The position numbers and the translations under genes are program-made. The notes under the pieces are model-generated. The model made no database searches. It was not told the DNA's origin and worked only from the letters and a program-made list of their open reading frames with translations. This document shows, in pieces, positions 35,301 to 42,960 of a stretch of 42,960 nucleotides of DNA (position 1 is its first letter; every line of letters begins with the position of its first letter). Origin of the DNA: Jimgerdemannia flammicorona (taxonomy: Eukaryota); assembly GCA_003990765.1 (NCBI GenBank), contig RBNJ01000082.1, positions 1-42,960 on the forward strand, read 5' to 3'.

Positions 35301-38300
35301 GATAGGCTCAATTCTTGATGATCTGGGTGCCTGGTCTTGCTGATCTTGTTTCTGTTTTTGGCACTTGTCACACTCTTTGACAAATTGGTACAGGTCTTCT
35401 TCTATCTTGGGCCACTATATAGTTCTTCTTGCTTTGTTGTATGTATTGGTTCCTCCTAAGTATCCTTGCTCATGTACTTCCTTCATTACTTGATACTTCT
35501 TATATTTGGGTATTACTAGCTTTTCTCCTTTTCTGAGTATAGTGTTGTCTAGTTCAAACTGTTTCCAAGTCCAGTTGATGATGGTGATTGTCCAGGATTT
35601 GAGGTGGTTGGGCATCTTCTGCTGCCCAAGGTAGCTAGTATAGCTCCTTATTCATATTGAATGGTCTTGATGGGGGTATTTCGGGGTATCCTTTGAGAGT
35701 GCATCGGTATTGGTGTTAGTCTTTCCTGAGTGGTGCTTGACAGTACAGTCATACTCTTACAGCCTGTAGATCTATCTGGTATATATTCCTTTGGGGTTCA
35801 GAGTGTGGAATAGTCAGGCAAGAGCAGAATGGTCTGTTTGAATGGTGAAGTGTTTTCTGGCTAGGTAGTAGTGGAACTTATCTATTACCCAAACTACTGC
35901 TAAGCATTCAAGCTTATATGACTTATAGTTCTGTTCTGCTTTATTAGTACCTTGGCTTGCATAGGAGATGACATATTCATGTCTATCTTTCTTCTGAGCT
36001 AGGACTGCTCCAAGTCCTATAGCACTCACATCTATCTGCAGGATGAATTCTAGGTTCCAGTCTGGTCTTCTGAGGATAGGTGCTTGGGTCAACCTGGTCT
36101 TGAGTTCATTGAAGATTTCTTGGCACTCTTTGGTCCATTTGAATTTGGTTTCCTTCTTCAGTAGCTCATAGATAGATGCTGCAATATTAGAGTATCCTTT
36201 GATAAATCTTCTGTAGTAGCTGGTCAGTCCAAGGAAGGCATGGACTTCTGTGGTTGTTCTGGGTCTTGGGTAGGCTGCAACAGCCTCAATCTTTATGAGG
36301 TCTGTATAGATTCCAGTCTAGTTGATAAGGTGTCCTAGGTAGGTGATTTCCTGGGCTGCAAACTTACATTTCTTGGGCTTGATGTAAAGGCTATGCTCCT
36401 TGAGCTTCTTGAGGGCTAGCTGTATGTAATTGACATATTCCTGTACAGTGTTGCTGAAGATGATCACATCATCAACATAGACAAAGAGCCATTTTCCAAT
36501 CTCGTTGCTGAAGACTCTGTTCATCATTTGCTGAAAACTTGCTGAGACATTGCATATTCCAAATGGTATTCACAAGTAGATATAGGTGGTATCAGGTATG
36601 ATGAAGGCAGATTTCTCACTAGCATCTTGAGTGAGACCAATCTGATGGAAGCCTGAGAACAGATCCAAGGTGGTGTAGTATTTGGCTTCACTTCTAAGGG
36701 TGGTAAGGATTTCTTGAATATTTGGCAAGGGCTGCCTATCCTTCTTGGTGATGGCATTGAGCTTTCTGTAGTCAATGCAGAGTCTTAGCACAAACTCTCC
36801 AGGTTTGCTTTCTTTCTTTGAAGCAAGGACAATGGGTGAGACCCAGGGGCTGATAGCTTGCTTGATGATTCCAGCTTCTTCTATTTCCTTGAGTTCTGCT
36901 CACAGCCATTCTCTGTAGGCAGGTGGTCTGACTTTCTGGTAGATGGGCTTGGTATCACCAGTGTCAACTTCATGGTAGTACTTGGGTTCTTGATTGTGGA
37001 TATCCCTGAAGTCTGTAGTAAGTACTCCTTCATTTTGGTGTAGGATCTTAAGAAGTTGTTCCTCTAGGGGAAAGTTTTCTCCAATAGTATATGTGTGCTT
37101 ATTCTGGTCCTTGTCTTTCTTATGCTCAAGTTCAGTAATCTTAGTGGTAGCATAGGATTCTCTTTCAGTAGATCCAAAGCCTTGTTCTCCTCTCTTAGTC
37201 TTGATAAGTTTGATGACTTCTATGATCTTGGGCTTCTTGACTTCGTGGATCAGCATCTGGCCAATCCTGTCATGCTTCTTGACTTCAAATGGGGTGGTGG
37301 GGTTGTGATTTCCTACTATGAGGAAGATTTCACCAGTGTAATCAGAGTCAATTACTCCTCCTTCAACTGAGATTTTGCTTTTGGCCAGACTGCTCCTGAT
37401 CTTGATAATTCCAGCATGGTTCTCTGGCAACTTGACTCCAATTCCAGTGCTAAGTAGGGTGGTGGTCTGTGGTTTGAGGATAGTATCTTGAATGCTGGCA
37501 AGATCTATTTCTATGGCTCCTTCAGTCTTGTATTCTGGGATCTTGACTTCAGGGTGAAACTTCTTGATCTTGAGAGTGATGTCTGATTCTTATTCCTCCT
37601 CATCATCACTGTCAGCTTGAAGCTCTGGAGGCTGGTCATCTTCTTTGGCTTTCCTTTTTGCTTCAGTGGCTTCTTGCTCACATTTCTGTTGGCACATTTT
37701 CCTGACTTCACTGATACAGGACCAGCAGTCATTCAGGTGTTCAGAGTAGTATATCCTAGTACCATGGGGGCATCTTCCTTGAGGGGCATAGTCATTGATG
37801 ATCTTGTTATACCACTGCTCATCTGTGAGCTTGGGTGTCTTATTCTTATTCTTGTTCATCAAGTGTATGAAGACCTCTGTGTCCTCTTCATCTCCTTTCT
37901 CTATGTCTGGTAGAACTCCTTTGTGGACATTGATAGAAACTTGTATCTTTCTTCCTCTGTAGTTGATCTGTATCTTCTGGGCATTGAGGTCAATGATGGC
38001 CTTGACCTTGTGAAGTCATTGATTGCCAATGAGGATATCATAGTTGATGGTACTTGTAACAATCATGTCTACTGGGATGGTAGCTCCTCCTATCTTGATG
38101 GGGACTTCTCAGATTTTGTCAAGGGGAGAGCTTGTGTACTATCTGCTGTGACATAGACCATCTTGGTGGACTCTTCAATATTCCAGCCTAGGTGGTCAAT
38201 TGTCTTCTTACTTATGAGGTATCCTCCAGCACTGGTATTAATGATGGCATCAAAGATACAGTCTTCAATCTGGCAGGGAGTATAGGCTGATGTCTTGCAC

Positions 38301-41300
38301 TGGTTTTTGGATTCTTCACCTAAGTTCTTGGATTCTTCCTGTGCATTGTGAGCTTCTACAATCTTGTACTCTTGATTCTTAGCAGTAGTTGCAAGTCCTA
38401 CTCTCAACTACTGTCTGAAGGCAGAGACTTTGGCTAGCTGTCCAAAAGTGGTATTGACCTTCTGTTTCTTGAGGTCCTTGTAGATATCATACTGGTGGAT
38501 CTTGGTCTTGCACAGCTTCTGTTCCTTCTTGCTTTCACTTTCTCCTGAGACTGAATAGTGCCTTCAATGATTTGGCAGACAGCTTCATCTAACTCCATAT
38601 CTTGATCAATCTCCTCAGGTTGGATCTTACTTTGAATAGTGATAGCTGGGGTCTTCTTTAGTCTTCCAACTGGCTTGCTGTTGCTCTTCTTATCATAGGG
38701 CTTGGACCAGGTTCTGGTATCTTCAGTAGTAGGGTAGAATTCGAGCTCCTCATAGTATTCTTCATCATCAGTATCACCAATCTCCTCAATGACTACTGCA
38801 TTGGTTTGTTCTCTAGTTCTGCTAGCATTGCTTGGTTGGGCTTTGTATCTTGTTTCAGTTATGCAACTCTTTGCATAGTAGCCTTCTTCTCCACATCTGA
38901 AGTATATGATATTACATTCTTCTGTAGTGGCTACAAATTTCTACACTGGTCTCCTATTGGCACTTCAGACTTCTCTAACAACATCACTAAGGTGTGCAGT
39001 CATCTTGGCAAACTGCTTGGCAAGTTCTTCCACTGGGTCAGCTTTGGCTATCTTGGGAATAGGTGGGGTTGGTTATCTGTTTACAACTGTGGCAGGTATG
39101 ATACTAGTTGGCTTTGATGGCTCCATCTTGATGCCAGTTATTTTCTACATTGAGTGTTTGGCAGAGTGTCTGGCAGTCCAATATCTCTGTGCAAAGACCA
39201 CTTTCTGATCAAGGGTCAGTGCAGCTGGGGTAGACTGGATTGCTAGAGCAATTTTAGGGTGAACTCCTTTGAGGAAAGTTGAATCTGCTATTTGTTCCTT
39301 GAGGCAGTCATCATAGCCAGCCAAGACAATCTGGTGGCAGATTCAGGTATAGAATGAGTTGGGATCTTCACTAAGTCCCTGGCAGATAGTATTGAGTTGA
39401 TCCTTGAGAGCTTACTTGATCTCTTTGATATAATATGTTATTCTGAGGAAGGCCTTCATGTTGACAAGTTTGGCTGCACCAGCATCAGCAATGGTGGCTG
39501 CATTGAACTTGTCTCTGGCAGGTCCTCTGAGGCTGACTAGTAGAAGGGCCAATTGAGCATCCACACCAAGGGCTCATATGGTGGTGAATTGTTCAAAGTC
39601 TTCAATGAAAGTCAGGATTGACTCTTCAGTAGTATATCTATAGAATGTGGGGGGATGTATTTCCATCTTATCTTGAATTCTTGCAGGGGTAACTCTTATA
39701 GTCAGAGTAGTTATTGTGGGGGTTGTTTATTTTTCAGCTTGAAAGTGAGAGATTTGTCTTGAATCACCAATCAATGGGTACCAAGTTGTCACGTAGTGGT
39801 TGCTGAGTCCTTCAAATACACCAGATTCTCTTCAAGGTGTATCTCTTAGACTAACTCAAGTTTGTTATAAGTAAGTTCTTATTGGAGTACCTTCCCAAGG
39901 TCTTATAGTCCTTAAACTTCTTATCTTTAAACTGTCTTGTTATCTCTTAGATTGCTTACAAGAAAGTATATGTAAGTGAAACCAGAACTGACTTTATTTC
40001 AGAGGAAATAAGAGGGGTATTTATACAAAATATAATTCAATAGTTGCTAAAATATAAAGCTAAATATAAATTCCAATAACTAAAACTACTAAGTTCCAGA
40101 GTCAGTACTGATGGTTGTACAGGTTCAGGATGTTGGTATAATTTAGTATTATATCAAAATACCAGTGCTGGTATTATTCAGTGTTACATCAAAATACCAG
40201 TACTGGTATTATTCAGTGTAACAAAGAACTTAGAGCAGAAAGTTCAGGATTATGGGGGCTTCATCCTTGTCATCACTGAAGGAGATGAGATCTGTGAATT
40301 TGTCATTGTCATCATATAGGTCACACATCTCATGTATATTACACATTTTGCATGCTTCGATATCGCATGGGATAATGTCATCACTGATGACGTCATCATG
40401 TTCGGTGGCAGTAAGAACAAGGAGATCTAGAGCTCTCTAGTCTATGAGGTTCTCTTCCACAAAATAAGGAACAAATGTGGGATCTTGAGGAGGTCTAATC
40501 TGGATGCTTGGACCTTGGAATACTGAGATCAATCCTTGCAGGAATTGGTCTGGGTTGTCTTAAGATAGGGTGTCAGAAGTCTTCTACTTCATCACTATTG
40601 AGGGTGATGGTGGACTGGGCTTCTGTAGCCACCCTGGCTTCTAGTATATTGATATAGCAAGATGACAGGTCTCTGAAATCTGAGACTCTAATATACTCCA
40701 AGTTAGGGATCAACCATGATATATACCTGAAAATCTGATAGATCTTCTTAGCTATCTTTGTTTTGTATATATCCATGGGAGTAGCATCTTGTAGCTCTTA
40801 AGTACTGGCCTATGGGAACTCCCAGCAGAGGAGGTTTCCTATTTCATACTCCTGCCACATTTGGAGGCATTCAGTGGCAATGGTGTTCCTTGTTTCTATT
40901 TTATGGTAGTAGAGAATATAATGATAAGGGTCACTAGTACCCAGGTTGACACTAGGAGTCCTTCTTGAGTGGGTCCTCATAGCTCTTCTGATGTCTTGAA
41001 ACATCCTTTCTTCGACTGAGGTGCCTTAGTGGTTCCTTAACCTTGAGGTTTGGCAGGTAGCAGGCATTTTATTTGTAGTAAATCTTTGAGCTATTTTGGG
41101 ATTGGTGGGTCTTGTTGATTGCTGCTACTGCAGTTCCTTGATCCTTCTTTTATATTCCTCAAATATTCATACTGTGGTCACAATGACTCACAGTTGGTCA
41201 TCATTACTCATCTCATATGCTGTATGATCTCCTTATGCTCTGATCTGGTGGCTTATAAGAAAAGGCTGTCTCCTGTGCTGATGTCATCATTCTGAGGTCA

Positions 41301-41414
41301 CTGTTACATTATATTTCAAAAAATAGAGTTTGAATTGAATCTCAAATCAAATTAGATCTTTGATTTGATTTAAATTGAATTAAATTAGATTTTTGATTCA
41401 ATTTATTGAGAGTA
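32365..41414. mobile_element. Fold-back/MITE-like element (~350 bp net: 32365-32612 + 41309-41414), split by A2
   Basis: Arm 32473-32535 is the reverse complement of 32567-32612 + 41313-41330. Outer ends TACTCT..AAATTGAATCAA and TTGATTCAATTT..AGAGTA. Confidence 0.72.
32613..41308 (-). mobile_element. Full-length Ty3/Gypsy element A2 (8.7 kb)
   Basis: LTRs at 39787-41308 and 32613-34105, 4-bp TSD TTAT, PPT AGGAGGAAGA at 34115-34106, and PBS-like TGGTACCC at 39783. Gag, PR, dUTPase, RT (YVDD), RH and IN (35655-34419) are all disrupted. Confidence 0.95.
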
Positions 41415-42561
41415 TTAGATAATAGTATTCTACTAATTCTCCAAAATATGATATACTGCAATAATCTCTATTATATTATATATACATAAGACTGCTAAAG
41501 AGAGAATAGGTCAGAATTTCAACCTTTTGCTCAATCTTATAATCTTTAAAATCAGAAAATAGAATCTATACTAATATAATCTCTCTACTATCTCTGAAGT
41601 TAGTATCATTATTGCTAAGAACTCTTCTGATATCAATACTACTCATAATATCATTATCCAATTCTATAGCAGTTAGCTCATTGCTTTACTTAAGATATCT
41701 TTCTCTCTGCTTTCCCCTTCTCTATCTCTATGAGAAGCCTAAATAATATCCTAAGATTTCTTTTTCTAGAGCAAACTGACAACTTCAGAAAGGTAATGGT
41801 GATGTGGAGAGAGAGAATGATTAGGATAGGAGAGCTCAGACTATAAGGTTGGATGATGAAAATAACAAAGATACTAAGAGTACTGAAGATAGAGCCAATA
41901 GGGCAAGAGGTATATTTGTCTCAGATTTTATATATCTGTTTCAAATCTTACTTAGTTTTTGATTTATTAAACTCAGTTTTTTTACTCTCTTTTACTCTCC
42001 CTTTAAGATTATATCTTCTAACTCTAATTCTATACCTATCATCTACAAATATATAATAATGTCTTTTCAATTATCTATTACTCAGATTGTCTCTTTTAAG
42101 AATAGTTAGTTGATATATTTATCCAAATTAAAAATAACTATTTTCAGTTCTATTAGATAAATTAGGATAAACTTTAAGCCAAGCTCTAGATAGACTATAA
42201 GATGCAGTTTTAAGTAGTATCAATCTTATTGATATTAGTCAATAGACTATCCTCTCTTTGACATTCATTAGCAGTCTACAACATAAAGTCTAATAGTATT
42301 AAAACATTATGACCATCATAGACAGCACTTCTAACCCTGATATATTTATTATCTTTACTACTAATCCTCAATAGTTTGAAGTCACTAAAGCTATTCTGCT
42401 CAGTCAGATTACTTAGAAATGCCCCCTGATATCATCTCCTGCATCTTTAAGCTCAAACTTAATATATTTTATAAGAAACTATTTAATAAGTATATTCTGG
42501 ATAGAGTTAGAGCCTAAATATTATTATAGAGTTTTAGAAGTATGGCTTACTTTATACCTAC

Positions 42562-42816
42562 TGTGATAATATCTTTGAAACCAGTAATATCAGAATTCAG
42601 AAGACTGTCTTGACTTTACAAGCTACTAGTTATAAATTATGACTTAACTATGACCCATTTTGATTATAAGATAATCTGTATCTAAACTTATAATGACTCA
42701 TAATGACTCTAGTAGTATACTACTATTAGTCAGGTGACCCTACTCTCTGGACTAAAGGAGAAGACATTCAAGATATAAAAGAAATATTAAGAGAAGAAAT
42801 ATAAAGTATTAACTAT
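42562..42816 (+). mobile_element. Third family D LTR 5' fragment
   Basis: TGTGATAATATCTTTGAAACCAG... is collinear with 7427 and 31304 up to aagtattaactat. Confidence 0.85.
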
Positions 42817-42960
42817 TGTGACGGTACAGCCAAATTTGGAAGAAGGAAATAGGGAATAGACACTTGATCGCACCCATTCCCAAAGTAGTATAGCCTTATA
42901 GTTAGCAGTCCTCGATTTTGACATTGTCTAATTTCTTAGACATTATCCAAATCGAATACC
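42817..42960. mobile_element. Start of a younger insertion (probable LTR) running off the window
   Basis: D homology stops abruptly. The new sequence starts TGTGACGG and retains CpGs. Confidence 0.5.

Noticed and set aside
41430-42540. Possible decayed minus-strand gag remnant
   Set aside because: TE-like composition, but no motif I can identify with confidence.

Overview
Eukaryotic, almost certainly fungal, repeat-rich locus. The intron style and retroelement types suggest a Mucoromycota-like host, but that is inference only. Left to right: (1) a Tc1/mariner DD34E transposon with ~250-bp TIRs (1-1606); (2) a CpG-rich host island (~2160-7040) with a degenerate tandem duplication of a small membrane-protein gene and a short-chain dehydrogenase (SDR) gene; (3) a nested pile of decayed Ty3/Gypsy LTR retrotransposons. 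Family A has copy A1 (9501-21975, +, 3'-truncated) and full-length copy A2 (32613-41308, -). Chromovirus B (15487-21497, -) is inserted in the A1 integrase zinc finger. Element C (21976-31254, -) is 3'-truncated. There are also three old LTR remnants of an A-related family D, and a fold-back MITE split by A2. No TE ORF is intact. Most notable: the family A/D LTRs carry a ~320-codon protein gene in U3; two unrelated families share a spacing-conserved motif block in their 3' UTR; all three pol-bearing families encode dUTPase, in two different positions; and the family A (probably also C) integrase is a separate ORF overlapping the RNase H stop codon.
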